64,000 nucleotides of DNA from contig OZ242318.1 in assembly GCA_965208105.1 (NCBI GenBank), positions 1 through 64,000 on the forward strand, in the 5' to 3' direction. This document shows, piece after piece, positions 16,936 to 26,964 of this stretch. How positions within the stretch are numbered: position 1 is the stretch's first letter; every line of letters begins with the position of its first letter. The position numbers and the translations under genes are program-made. Source of the DNA: Candidatus Latescibacterota bacterium (lineage in GTDB: Bacteria; Latescibacterota; UBA2968; UBA8231). Under the pieces are notes generated by a model. The model worked only from the letters and a program-made list of their open reading frames with translations. It searched no databases and was not told where the DNA came from.

Positions 16936-19200
16936 CTAGCGCGACGCGGCATAGTCGATGGACAGCCCGAAGGACCTGCCCGGCAAAGGGTATCCCCAGA
17001 GATCGGCAACCTGGTTTCCGGTCAGGTTTCTCAACTCCCAGGAAATGGAGATCCCCTCGGCCAGCGGCAAGTTGCCTCCGAGGTTGTAAAGGGTGCGAAC
17101 GGGAATGCCGCGCAGGTTGGCCCGGTCGAGGAAGTGCCGGCTTTCGCGGCTGAATTCACAGTATGTTTCCATGTGTGCCAGGTCGAGGGTCGCGCGGGTA
17201 TTGAGCCTGTGGCGCGGCGCATTGGGAAGATCGTTTCCCCGTTCAAAGGAGAACGGAGTGCGGTTCTCTGCGCGCTGGTAGGCGTAATTTCCGCGGATTG
17301 AAAGCGTTTGCATCAGCCGCGCCTCGGCCCGCGTTTCCACCCCCCCCAGCAAGGCCCGGCCCAGGTTGTGTGGCCTCGACACCCGCTGGGAGTTCTGTAT
17401 AAAGCGAATGAGGTCCTTCACGCGATTCCGATAGAAAACAGCCTCTGCCAGAATAATCCCATTGCCGCCGCCGGGCCGGCGGAAAACCAGTCCCAGGTCC
17501 TGATTGCGGCCGATTTCACGGACCAGGTTGGTGTTTCCTATTACCGCGCCGCGGTCTCCGAAGAGTTCGAAGAAGCTGGGAGCGCGCTGATAGCGGCCGC
17601 CGTGGGCTTTCAGGACCAGGCCGGCGCCCATGTCCAGGGTGGCACCCAGGCGGTAGCCGGTCAGGATTTCGCCCTTGTTCCGGCTCGGCAAAACGGTGCT
17701 TGGAGCGAAGTTCTTGCGGTCGAAGAAGCGGTCGTCGAGACCCTCCGCCTGGGTGCCGGCGTTGATAGTCAAGCGCTGCCCCAGGCTCAGCTCCACCTCG
17801 GTTCCTAGTGCCAGGGAATGTCGGCGGCTGCGCAGGAACCGACTGTCGGACCGGAGCAGGTCCTCGGGGGCGAAACTCTCGCGCCGGGCGGCGACAAAAC
17901 CTGTGAGCAGGGACTTTGCCGGCAGGAGGATATTCACTTCCCCGCGGAGGCAATAGCCCTGGGTGAGGTTGCGATCATGCTGGCGGCCAAGTCCTACCTC
18001 GCCGCGCCGGTCGCGGTACTCGTCCTGTTGGAGCGAGTGCTGGGCCTTGACTCTGTACCCGGCGCGGCCGAATCCCAGCGGGCCGAAGAGCGCGGCTTCG
18101 GCAATATGGCGCCAGGTGTCGAAGCGGGTGTGCAGTGATTGATTGTTGCCTATGCCCGGGATTCCTTTGTAGTTCAGGTCCAGGGTGTTGTTGATCTGCA
18201 AACGACTGGAGCCCAGGCTGCGCCCGATTTTGGCCAGGCCGCGCAAGCTGCGGAAATCGCTGTTGAGCCGTCGAGCCCAGGCGTCGTCCGAGGTGTTGTA
18301 CTCGGTTCCGTTGTCGTCCAGAAATCGGAAGTCGTTGCGGCTGGCTCTGTAGTCGGCGAGGACGAGGTATTTCCAGGCTTCATGTCGAACACCGACAGAG
18401 GCGCCGAGTTGAAGAGTTCCGTGCGAGCCGGTGCCGGTGTGCAGGCGCGTGCGCGTTTTGCCGGCCAGTGGCAGGGTGCGGATGTGAACGATCCCACCAA
18501 TGCTGTTGCCACCGAAACGCGCCGGCACGGAGCCCCGGTAAATCTCCACGCTCTCCACCCCTCCCAGGGGCAAACTTGCCAGATCGACTCCGCCGCCTGC
18601 GGCCGAGTTCAGCTCTACCCCATCGAGAAATACCGCCACCTGTTCGGCCGTGGATCCGCGGATGGAAACCGTGCTGAACGCACCCAACCCTCCGTAACGA
18701 CGGGTGTTGACGCCCACGGCGCGGTCGAGGATTTCCGCCATGTCCGCCGCTGGGGAGGGCTTGCCCCCCAGGGAAATCACTTCGACGAAAGCCCCGGTGT
18801 AGTCACCGCCCCGGTCGTGGCGGGCTCGCACCACCATTTCATCCATGAGCAGGGGAAGTGATTCGAGGTGCAGCTCGACCGCGGTGGGAGAGGAGGAGAT
18901 GGGTATGCGAATCTGCAGAGGCCGGTAGCCCAGGCGTTCCACCCTCAGGTTCCAGGTCTCCGGGTTCAAGTTTTCCAGGTTGAACCGGCCTGCCGTATCA
19001 GTGTGGGCGGAGCGGATGGCCCCGGATGGTGCTCGCAGGGCCATCGCTGCACCGGACACTGGACGTCCCGTGTCCCCGTCGAGCAGCCTGCCGCGCAGGC
19101 TGCCCGCCAGGAGAGCCTCGGGCAGCAGAAATAGCAGCGGGAATAAAACGAAAATACCCGCCCTCGAAGGAGAGCGGGCCTTGGTGCTTGGAGCGGGCAC
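16936..19200 (-). CDS. btuB: TonB-dependent receptor, probable B12 transporter, with N-terminal carboxypeptidase-regulatory-like domain
   Basis: Plug motifs SIRGS...VFLDGV...VEIYRG, RAPSFFELFG and NLT...GYPLPGR; lies directly downstream of a cobalamin riboswitch. Confidence 0.88.
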   Translation of the reverse strand: MPAPSTKARSPSRAGIFVLFPLLFLLPEALLAGSLRGRLLDGDTGRPVSGAAMALRAPSGAIRSAHTDTAGRFNLENLNPETWNLRVERLGYRPLQIRIPISSSPTAVELHLESLPLLMDEMVVRARHDRGGDYTGAFVEVISLGGKPSPAADMAEILDRAVGVNTRRYGGLGAFSTVSIRGSTAEQVAVFLDGVELNSAAGGGVDLASLPLGGVESVEIYRGSVPARFGGNSIGGIVHIRTLPLAGKTRTRLHTGTGSHGTLQLGASVGVRHEAWKYLVLADYRASRNDFRFLDDNGTEYNTSDDAWARRLNSDFRSLRGLAKIGRSLGSSRLQINNTLDLNYKGIPGIGNNQSLHTRFDTWRHIAEAALFGPLGFGRAGYRVKAQHSLQQDEYRDRRGEVGLGRQHDRNLTQGYCLRGEVNILLPAKSLLTGFVAARRESFAPEDLLRSDSRFLRSRRHSLALGTEVELSLGQRLTINAGTQAEGLDDRFFDRKNFAPSTVLPSRNKGEILTGYRLGATLDMGAGLVLKAHGGRYQRAPSFFELFGDRGAVIGNTNLVREIGRNQDLGLVFRRPGGGNGIILAEAVFYRNRVKDLIRFIQNSQRVSRPHNLGRALLGGVETRAEARLMQTLSIRGNYAYQRAENRTPFSFERGNDLPNAPRHRLNTRATLDLAHMETYCEFSRESRHFLDRANLRGIPVRTLYNLGGNLPLAEGISISWELRNLTGNQVADLWGYPLPGRSFGLSIDYAASR

Positions 19201-19240
19201 CGGTGGACCAACCTTTCTGCCGAAGGGTGTCGTTCACCTT

Positions 19241-19430
19241 GATCGCAGGCAGGTCTCCTGGCTTCCGGTTGTGCGCGTTCCGACTCCTTCCCGACCCGCG
19301 GGATCAGTGGGTATGTCGGTGACGCGACGGCCGATGGGCCGTCAACCGGTCACAGTGGCGGGACCGCGGCAGATTTGCACTGCCTTCCCTATTCTTCCCC
19401 TGCCTGGTGGCAGGGGACACCTGCAACCCT
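19241..19430 (-). ncRNA. Cobalamin riboswitch
   Basis: Minus strand reads AGGTG...AATAGGGAAGGCAGTGCAAATCTGCCGCGGTCCCGCCACTGTGA...CCACTG...GGGAAGG...AGCCAGGAGACCTGCC (B12 box), upstream of btuB. Confidence 0.96.
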
Positions 19431-19589
19431 ATGATATTCCTCCAGGAAGCCGACGCGGACAGGCGACAGCGGCAGGGTAGAATTCACCCGGCGCGGTTGG
19501 CCTGTCTGCCCTCCTGGGGGTCCGGAAAATGGACCTGGTCGAGCGCCCCGCAATGGCGCGGGGACAGAGTTGTTGCCAGTGTCGAAAAC

Positions 19590-19665
19590 TGGTAGCCCGT
19601 ACGGGATTCGAACCCGTGTTACCGGCGTGAGAGGCCGGCGTCCTGGGCCTCTAGACGAACGGGCC
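19590..19665 (-). tRNA. tRNA-Glu (anticodon CTC)
   Basis: GGCCCGTTCGTCTAGAGGCCCAGGACGCCGGC-CT-CTC-AC-GCCGGTAACACGGGTTCGAATCCCGTACGGGCTACCA: cloverleaf with T-loop and encoded CCA. Confidence 0.97.
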
Positions 19666-19673
19666 ACTGTGGA

Positions 19674-19702
19674 AAAATATGCTTTAAGCATTTCTTTGTC
19701 AA
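19674..19702 (-). promoter_or_regulatory. Putative sigma70 promoter of tRNA-Glu
   Basis: TTGACA-17 nt-TATTTT immediately upstream of the tRNA 5' end. Confidence 0.6.
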
Positions 19703-19806
19703 ATTCAACCTCGGTGCTTCAGGTCAGCGGGGCCGGAGCGGGATTGACGCTGCATTTCGCAATTGGGATATTGGCTGTCCTCAAGTCATCTCAGAGGAGG
19801 TAGACC

Positions 19807-20565
19807 ATGCAAGGGTTCGACCCCCAGAGGCCATCCTTCGGCTCGGGTTTCGAAGAGGCCGGCCTCAAAGAGCGTCTGATCGCCATGTTTCACGCCCCGG
19901 GGGCCAGTTTTGCGGCCGTGGTGCAGCGCGAGACCTGGCAGGACTGGCTGGTGCCAGTGATCCTCGTCAGCGTCGTGGGGGTGGTGTCTCATTTCATAAC
20001 TCTGCCGATAATCGCGGACCTTGAATCCCCGGCCGTGCAAGAACAATTGCAGCGCATGGGCGAGGAAGAGAGGAAACGCTATGTGGAGAGCATCGAGTTG
20101 CTGCGCGCACAGGGTTGGATAATGGTACCCATCGGCGCATTCACCTCCCTGGTGATCGTCGCAGTGGTATTGCTGGCGCTCGTCCGGGCGGTTTTTCGCA
20201 GCGAGGCGACCTATCAGCAAATGCTGGTGGTCAAGGGCTACGCCTCGGTAGTAGTGGGTGTGGAGTGGATCGTGCGCACCTTGCTCATTCTGGTGGAGGA
20301 GACAACCATGGTGCACACCGGGCTGGGAGTTTTCGTTCCCGAAGAGATGGCTCGCACCTTTGCCGGCAGGGTACTGATCGGGGTCAATTTCTTCGATATC
20401 TGGCAGGCCTGCCTCCTCGGTGCTGGAATCGCGGTAATGGGCGCCATCCCCATCCGCAAGGCGGTCTACTCGGTGCTGGTCCTGTGGGGGATCTGGGTTG
20501 TGGGCGGAGCCGCGGTCGAAGCCTTGGCCATAGCCTCCTCCGGGGGCCAGGCCCCCCTGCCCTGA
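19807..20565 (+). CDS. Yip1-domain membrane protein
   Basis: MFHAPGASF..V...W..P N-motif, several TM segments, N.F.IW motif; GGAGG RBS. Confidence 0.75.
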   Translation: MQGFDPQRPSFGSGFEEAGLKERLIAMFHAPGASFAAVVQRETWQDWLVPVILVSVVGVVSHFITLPIIADLESPAVQEQLQRMGEEERKRYVESIELLRAQGWIMVPIGAFTSLVIVAVVLLALVRAVFRSEATYQQMLVVKGYASVVVGVEWIVRTLLILVEETTMVHTGLGVFVPEEMARTFAGRVLIGVNFFDIWQACLLGAGIAVMGAIPIRKAVYSVLVLWGIWVVGGAAVEALAIASSGGQAPLP

Positions 20566-20710
20566 GGGACCGAGGACCAGGGCAGGGGGGCCGGGGCATC
20601 CCCTGGGGCGCGGCAGGGCTCACCTGGATCAGCCCTGCGCGGACCAGGCATGCCAGGTCCTCCAATTTCCCAATCCTTCGACCTCCTGCAACCAGGAATC
20701 CGCCTGCTTT

Positions 20711-21688
20711 TCAAGAGAGGGCCGAGCCGTCCAGCTGCGTGGAAATTTCGTCCAGCTCCAGGCGCAGCGAGTCTTCCAGTTTCCAGCCGACGGCCCCGAC
20801 ATTCTCGTCGAGTTGCTCCCCGGTATCGCTCCCCGAGATGGCCACCGTCACTTGCGGATGGGACAGAACCCAGGCCAGGGCCAGTTGAGCCGGGGTCTTG
20901 CCAGCCTCGGCGGCGAGTCTGTGAAGCGCATCGACCACCTCGCAAACCTGGCCTTGCATGGCCGCGGAATAGCGCTTTTTTCTCAGCCCCCAGAAAGAAC
21001 CGGGAGGCGGCTCCCTGTCCGCTGCGTAAGCGCCGCTCAACAGCCCTATTGCCAGGGGACTGAAGGCCATCACGCCCAGACCCTGATCGTCTACGAGACC
21101 GAACATCTCTGCCTCGAGGCGCCGGTCCAGCAGGCTGTAGGGATTCTGCACACACATGAACGGCGAGGCGTTGATGCGGTCGGCGATCCAGAGGGCGCGG
21201 CAGACCTGCCATGCCCTGTAGTTGCAACAGCCGATATAGCGCACTTTGCCGCTGCTCACCAGGTTGTCCAGGGCGCGAACCGTCTCCTCGAGAGGGGTGG
21301 ATTCGTCGAAACTGTGAACGAGGTAGACGTCGATGAAGTCCGTGTTCAGGCGCGCGAGGGATTTCTCTACTTCCCGGAGGATGTGAACCCTGGACAGGCC
21401 GCCGTCGTTGGGTCCTGAACCGGTTGGGCTGAATACCTTGGTGGTGATGACCGCCTGGTCCCGCCTGCCTTTGAGAGCCCTGCCCAGAATGAGTTCCGAT
21501 TGGCCTTTGTTGCGGCGGTCGTCCATGGTTCCGTAGAGATTGGCGCAGTCGATGAAGTTGATGCCCAGGTCCATCGCGTGTTCGATGGTCTTCCGTGCCT
21601 CGGTCTCGTCTCCCTGCCCTCTGAACCCCAGGCCGAGGGCCAGGCGGCTCACCTTGACCCCGGCCGCGCCGAAGTTGACGTATTCCAT
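20711..21688 (-). CDS. Aldo/keto reductase
   Basis: GINFIDCANLYG, TKV, SL.RLNTDFIDVY..H, GKVRYIG, PYSL and QLALAW motifs. Confidence 0.93.
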   Translation of the reverse strand: MEYVNFGAAGVKVSRLALGLGFRGQGDETEARKTIEHAMDLGINFIDCANLYGTMDDRRNKGQSELILGRALKGRRDQAVITTKVFSPTGSGPNDGGLSRVHILREVEKSLARLNTDFIDVYLVHSFDESTPLEETVRALDNLVSSGKVRYIGCCNYRAWQVCRALWIADRINASPFMCVQNPYSLLDRRLEAEMFGLVDDQGLGVMAFSPLAIGLLSGAYAADREPPPGSFWGLRKKRYSAAMQGQVCEVVDALHRLAAEAGKTPAQLALAWVLSHPQVTVAISGSDTGEQLDENVGAVGWKLEDSLRLELDEISTQLDGSALS

Positions 21689-21712
21689 ATTCTCGAGCCT
21701 CTCTGAGTCGGA

Positions 21713-22462
21713 TCAGTAGGTTGCCCTTCCACCGGACATGTCGAACACGAAGGCGGTGTTGAAACTGGCCTCATCGGAGACGATCCAGCAGGCAATGGAG
21801 GCGACTTCCTCCACTGTGCCGAAGCGTTTCATGGGAATCCTTTCGATCATGTAGTCGACCTGCGCCGAGCTGGTATTTTCGATCATGGGGGTGCGGACTA
21901 CACCCGGAGCCAGCCCGTTGATGGTGATCCCTTTTTCGGCATATTCCTTGCCGACCGTCTTGACCAGGCCGATTACCCCCGCTTTCGATGTGGAATAGGC
22001 ACACATGCCGGCGTTGCCATCCTTTCCCGCCATGGAGGCCAGAAGGAGAATGCGTCCGTAGCTGTGTTCTTCCATTTCCTTGATGGCGTATTTTGTCATC
22101 AGGAAGGAGCCGCGCAGATTCACCGCTATTGTGTTGTCGAATTCTTCGGTATCGGTGTCCGCTGCGTTTTTTCCGTGGGGGCCGATGGTGCCGGCGCAGT
22201 TTACCATGATATCCAGCCTGCCATAATTCCGGGAGACGGCTGCAAACCCGGATCTGACAGATTCCTCGTCGGCAACTTCCACCCGCGTGCAATCGACTTC
22301 GATTCCCTGTTCTCCAAGTTCTGCCGTCATCATCTCCATCGCCGCAGTATCGCAGTCGAAAACAACCACCTTGGCACCTTCGCGGGACAGGCGCCGGGCA
22401 ATGCCCTTTCCCAGTCCGCTGGCCCCTCCCGTAACAATGGCCACACGTTCATCGAAGCGCAT
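21713..22462 (-). CDS. Short-chain dehydrogenase/reductase
   Basis: TGGASGLG, NCAG and YSTSK catalytic motif. Confidence 0.93.
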   Translation of the reverse strand: MRFDERVAIVTGGASGLGKGIARRLSREGAKVVVFDCDTAAMEMMTAELGEQGIEVDCTRVEVADEESVRSGFAAVSRNYGRLDIMVNCAGTIGPHGKNAADTDTEEFDNTIAVNLRGSFLMTKYAIKEMEEHSYGRILLLASMAGKDGNAGMCAYSTSKAGVIGLVKTVGKEYAEKGITINGLAPGVVRTPMIENTSSAQVDYMIERIPMKRFGTVEEVASIACWIVSDEASFNTAFVFDMSGGRATY

Positions 22463-22745
22463 TCTTCTACCTCCATTTACGTTCGGGGGGCCGGGTCCGC
22501 GGGTGCATGCGGTTGGCGTTGCAGTTCGCGATGCGTCCCCCACCATACGCAATCAAGAGAATGGTTGCAGGCGCCGGAATCCGCCGGTCGGTCACCGGGG
22601 ATTGCATGGACGAAATTCCGCGCTTGACTTCACCGGTACCCAACTCTATTCTACCAGCCGGCCTCCTCGAGCGGGCCATGAATTTCTCTACAGCTGAGCC
22701 GTCCTCCGGTCAGCACCTCGCCGGGGCCGTGAACCGGGACGGAGA

Positions 22746-24113
22746 ATGAAAAGGCAGGGCATGGATACCGTGGAAAGAAAAGGAGTGCGTGCAGCTCCGC
22801 AAGGTTGGCGAGGAGGGTTGCGAAATATAGGTCCCGGGGTGGTACTCTCGGGGTCCGTGGTGGGCTCCGGCGAATTGCTGGTGACCACCCGCATGGGGGC
22901 CGAGGTGGGCTTCGTGTTTCTCTGGGGGGTCATCGTGGCCTGCCTGATTAAATTCTTCATCCAGATCGAGTTGGGGCGGCAGTGCATTCTGCACAACAGC
23001 ACGACCATACAGTTGCTGGACCGGGTGTTCGGGTTCAGGCTGCGGAATACTTCCTGGATAGTCTGGATATGCGTGTTCGGATATTTCTCGGTCACGATTG
23101 CCGTCATCGGAATCCTGGGATCGGTTGCCGGCCTCATGGTCACCGTATTCCCAGGTCTGTCCTACCAGGTCTGGGCAGTTCTCGTATTCCTGCTGATGTC
23201 CCTGCTCCTCTACCGCGGCCTCTACCAGGACCTGGAGAAGATTGTCTTGGGGCTGGTCGCCACCTTCAGTCTCACCGTGGTGGGCGCGGTGCTGATAATG
23301 CAGGGAACGCCCTATGCCATAAGCGGGGCCGACCTGCTCTCCGGATTCCGATTCACGCTTCCGGCGGAGGGGGCCTTCGTGGCCCTGGCGGTCATGGGAT
23401 CGGTCGGTGCCACGGCGGTGGAGCTGTTCATGTATCCCTACTGGGTCCGGGAAAAGGGCTATCCGGATTTCGTCGGTCCGCGTGAAGACACTTCTCAATG
23501 GCAGGAGCGCTACCGCGGCTGGATGCGGGTGCTCACGACGGATGTCCTGGTCTGCACCTCGATAGCCCTGGTCATTACCTGTGCATACTATCTTCTTGGC
23601 GCGGCCATACTGAAGGATCTGAGTGTGCTGCCAAAGGGCATGAAGGTGATGGAGCAGGTATCGTTGATTTGCACCGAAAGCGTGGGAGACTGGGCCTATT
23701 ACCTGTTCATGTTCGGAGGGTTCTGCACCCTGTTCTCCACCTTGCTGGTATTCACCGCCAGCTCCGGCCGCATCGGAGTCGATTTTCTGCGCCAGGTGGG
23801 CGTCTCTTCCCTGAACATGGAAGGAGCCGGACGCCGGCTCTTGCGCGTCCTGCAGGTGGCCTTCCCCTTTACCTGGCTCTGCTTCATCCTGGTAAAATCC
23901 GACGCCCCTCTGGCCCTGGTGCTGCTCGGGGCAAATGCCAACAATCTCCTCCTCATTCCCCTGGCTTACGGAGTCCTGCACCTGGCCATGCGCACCGTGA
24001 CGAAGGAGCGCATGCCGCCGTGGACCGAGCTGGGGCTGCTCCTGACCATCTGGGTGATAATCAGCTTTACCTTGAGCAATCTTTACCTGGTGTGGTCCAA
24101 CGGGTCGCACTGA
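22746..24113 (+). CDS. Nramp-related (APC superfamily) membrane transporter
   Basis: GPGVV.SGS.VGSGE, MY.YW and TLFST motifs; about 11 TM segments; lacks the canonical MntH DPGN. Confidence 0.75.
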   Translation: MKRQGMDTVERKGVRAAPQGWRGGLRNIGPGVVLSGSVVGSGELLVTTRMGAEVGFVFLWGVIVACLIKFFIQIELGRQCILHNSTTIQLLDRVFGFRLRNTSWIVWICVFGYFSVTIAVIGILGSVAGLMVTVFPGLSYQVWAVLVFLLMSLLLYRGLYQDLEKIVLGLVATFSLTVVGAVLIMQGTPYAISGADLLSGFRFTLPAEGAFVALAVMGSVGATAVELFMYPYWVREKGYPDFVGPREDTSQWQERYRGWMRVLTTDVLVCTSIALVITCAYYLLGAAILKDLSVLPKGMKVMEQVSLICTESVGDWAYYLFMFGGFCTLFSTLLVFTASSGRIGVDFLRQVGVSSLNMEGAGRRLLRVLQVAFPFTWLCFILVKSDAPLALVLLGANANNLLLIPLAYGVLHLAMRTVTKERMPPWTELGLLLTIWVIISFTLSNLYLVWSNGSH

Positions 24114-24136
24114 CCTGGTGACGCCGGGGGAAGAGC

Positions 24137-24904
24137 TCATCTCCCCGCCCGCCTGCGGTTGAAGGCCACCAGGTCCGCATATCGCAGAGTCCTCCCTCCG
24201 AAAATGTCCAGGGCGCTTCCCACCGTGAAGTCAAGTCTCCCCTGGCCCAACCTCTCGATTCGCTCGATGTCCTCGAAGCTGCGCACACCGCCGGCATAGG
24301 TTGTGGGAAGTGGGGAGATATCTCCCAGGAGTTCCACAAGGTCGGCTGCGATGCCCTCCTGCCTTCCTTCCCGGTCGGTCGCGTGGATCAGGAACTCGCG
24401 GCAGCAACCGGCCAACGATTCCAGGTTGTGGCGATTGATCTCGAAGTGAGTGAAGTTCTTCCAGTGGTCGGTCATGGCAAAGTAGCGACCGTCGCGCCTG
24501 GCGCAACTCAGATCGATGACGAGTCGATCGGTACCGGTGGCCTCGAGGAGGTCCTCCAGGCGCTGGCGCCGAAGGCGGCCGTCATGGAACAGGTAGGAGG
24601 TGACGATTACGGCGGATGCGCCCAGTTCCAACCACCGCGGGGCGTTGTCCGCCCGCATGCCCCCACCTATCTGCAGACCCTTGGGATAGGCCTCCAGGGC
24701 GCGGGCGGCAGCGGCATCGTTGCCCGGACCCAGCATGCTAAGATGGCCCCCGACAAGACCGTCATTGCGGTAGAGTTCCGCGAAGTAGGCAGATGAACGG
24801 CTGGATTCGAAGTGGGTGACTGGGTCGCCGCGGTCACCGAGAGTGTTGCCCACGATCTGTTTGACCACTCCTTGGTGCAGGTCGATGCAAGGCCGGAATC
24901 TCAT
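24137..24904 (-). CDS. hisA: ProFAR isomerase, eukaryotic (His6-like) type
   Basis: MRFRPCIDLHQG.VKQIVG, LQIGGG, VIVTSY, LVIDLSC, EFLIHA.D.EG and DFTVGSALDIFGG motifs. Confidence 0.9.
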   Translation of the reverse strand: MRFRPCIDLHQGVVKQIVGNTLGDRGDPVTHFESSRSSAYFAELYRNDGLVGGHLSMLGPGNDAAAARALEAYPKGLQIGGGMRADNAPRWLELGASAVIVTSYLFHDGRLRRQRLEDLLEATGTDRLVIDLSCARRDGRYFAMTDHWKNFTHFEINRHNLESLAGCCREFLIHATDREGRQEGIAADLVELLGDISPLPTTYAGGVRSFEDIERIERLGQGRLDFTVGSALDIFGGRTLRYADLVAFNRRRAGR

Positions 24905-24985
24905 GTCAATGCCCCATTGGACTCCATAAATCCTGGTATCCTGGTCCTGGAAGTTCGAGAAGTATAGAGGGACCTGGAAGGAGCG

Positions 24986-25561
24986 TCAAGCAGAGGAGGG
25001 CAGGTGGTATATGCTGAGTGTGGTGTCGCCGCAACTGCGCTCGCGCATCAACGCAAGCCGCTCAGATCTCGAGGGGAAATCAAGGTCCCTCTGGTGCTGG
25101 ATGGCAATCCTGCCCCCGGTTGCGAGCAGGGTTCCGTCGGCCAGTTGATCCAGCAGTCCGAGGGAGAGGGGCAGGGTGCGGAAGGTGGATCCATAAGGCG
25201 GGTCGACATAGATGGTGTCGAATCGGCGTTGCTGTTCGCGAAGGTAGGGCAGCAGGTTTTGGGCCTTTGCCTGGTGCAGTTCGGTCCCTCCGAGATGCCA
25301 GTCCCGCACCAGCTTCCTGATGTGGCCGAGGCGCCTGGCGTCAGACTCGTTCATGGTGAGCTGCGCCCCCCTGCTGTAGGCCTCCAGCCCGATCTGTCCG
25401 CAGCCCCCGCACAGATCGAGGAAGGTCTGTCCCCTCAGGTCGGTGCCCAGCATGGCGAAGAAGGCCTCTTTGAGCCTGGAGGAAGTGATGTGGATGGCAC
25501 CCTGCCGGCGAGGATTGAAGGGAATCGTCCTCCCCTTGAGGCTACCGGTTATGATGCGCAA
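24986..25561 (-). CDS. rsmD: RsmD-family RNA methyltransferase
   Basis: RIITGSLKG, FLDL..G.G.IGLEAYSRGA and DPPY motifs. Confidence 0.85.
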   Translation of the reverse strand: MRIITGSLKGRTIPFNPRRQGAIHITSSRLKEAFFAMLGTDLRGQTFLDLCGGCGQIGLEAYSRGAQLTMNESDARRLGHIRKLVRDWHLGGTELHQAKAQNLLPYLREQQRRFDTIYVDPPYGSTFRTLPLSLGLLDQLADGTLLATGGRIAIQHQRDLDFPSRSERLALMRERSCGDTTLSIYHLPSSA

Positions 25562-25731
25562 TCTCGCATGCCTTTCCGCGAAGGAATGATAATGGAGCTT
25601 GCCGCGGGAGGGGTCAAGGGCTTAGAAGGGAAGGCGCGCTCGCACATGGCCTGCAGCCGCGAGTCGGGCGATTGCAGGGAATCTGGCACTTTCATAACTT
25701 GGGATTCGCAAGGATTCGAAAGGTTTGGAAA

Positions 25732-26811
25732 ATGCCAGGAAATAGTTGCGAAATTGCCGTTCTCAAAGGGGACGGCGTGGGCATTGAGGTTACGGACGAA
25801 GCCCTGAAGGTGTTGGGTGCCCTCCAGGCTCGAAACGGTCCCGTGCTCACCTTCGCCGAGTATCCCTGCGGCGCGAATTGCTACCTCGAAAACGGCGATC
25901 CCCTGCCCGAAACCACCCTCCAGGGGTGCAGGGACGCCGATGCAGTACTGGTAGGGGCAATGGGCCTGCCCGAGGTGCGCTGGCCCGACGGTACCGAGAT
26001 GCGCCCCCAGGTGGACCTGCGCGTCAAGCTGGACCTATACGCCGGCGTGCGGCCCATCCATCTCTACTCGGCCGCGCACACACCACTGAAGGGGCTGCAG
26101 GCCGGCGCCATCGACTTTGTCGTTCTGCGCGAGAACGTGGAGGGGCTTTTCGCCGCCATGAACGCGGGGATCGAACTTCGCGGCGAGGTGGCGGTGGATT
26201 CCATGGTAATCACGCGGTCGGGCACCGAACGGGTAGTGCGCTATGCCTTCGAGCTGGCTCGCGAACGGGGCAAAGATCCAATGCGGGTGACCTGCGTGGA
26301 CAAAGCCAACATCTTCCGTTCCATGGCCTTTTTCCGAAGTATCTACGACGAGGTGGCGCAGGATTTCCCCGACGTCCGGCGCGACTACGCCTATATCGAC
26401 GCCCTGGTCTTGTATCTCGTACAGCGCCCCCAGGCCTACGATGTGATGGTGATGGAAAATATGTACGGGGATATCGTCTCTGACCTTGCCGCCGGCCTGG
26501 TTGGAGGCATGGGCATGGCCCCATCGGGAGACATCGGCGACGACGCTGCCGTATTTCAGCCTTCGCACGGCACCGCCCCGGATATCGCCGGGGCCGGGGT
26601 CGCCAATCCCGTGGCGGCCATTCTCTCGGCAGCTATGATGCTGCGCTGGCTGGGGGTCCGCAACGGGGACCCGGGGATGGGGGATGGAGGCCGGAGGATC
26701 GAGTCCGCAGTACGCCGGGTGATGGGTGTGCCAGGTATGGGGACTCCCGATCTGGGCGGCGACATGAGTACGCAGGACCTGGGAAACGAGGTAGTGGATG
26801 CGCTGGAATGA
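25732..26811 (+). CDS. Isocitrate/isopropylmalate/tartrate dehydrogenase family protein
   Basis: [28 protein letters not shown] and [12 protein letters not shown] motifs. Confidence 0.9.
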   Translation: MPGNSCEIAVLKGDGVGIEVTDEALKVLGALQARNGPVLTFAEYPCGANCYLENGDPLPETTLQGCRDADAVLVGAMGLPEVRWPDGTEMRPQVDLRVKLDLYAGVRPIHLYSAAHTPLKGLQAGAIDFVVLRENVEGLFAAMNAGIELRGEVAVDSMVITRSGTERVVRYAFELARERGKDPMRVTCVDKANIFRSMAFFRSIYDEVAQDFPDVRRDYAYIDALVLYLVQRPQAYDVMVMENMYGDIVSDLAAGLVGGMGMAPSGDIGDDAAVFQPSHGTAPDIAGAGVANPVAAILSAAMMLRWLGVRNGDPGMGDGGRRIESAVRRVMGVPGMGTPDLGGDMSTQDLGNEVVDALE

Positions 26812-26964
26812 GGCCGGCCTCCTGGGGAGGGGGTCTTTTCCCCGGCCCCGTGGAGAATGCCCGGGCGAATCTTCCCCTTGCCGACCTGCCGCGACAGGCC
26901 CGGGAGGGTCACCCCAAGGCAGAGCAGGCCAGGCCGAGGTCGGGAAGGACAGGATCGTACCCTG

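Noticed and set aside
8497-19665. B12 cluster as a genomic island integrated at tRNA-Glu
   Set aside because: No integrase and no duplicate of the tRNA 3' end was seen, and composition looks like the flanks.
24927-24945. Short TCCTGG triplication
   Set aside because: Too short and irregular for a CRISPR array or meaningful tandem repeat.
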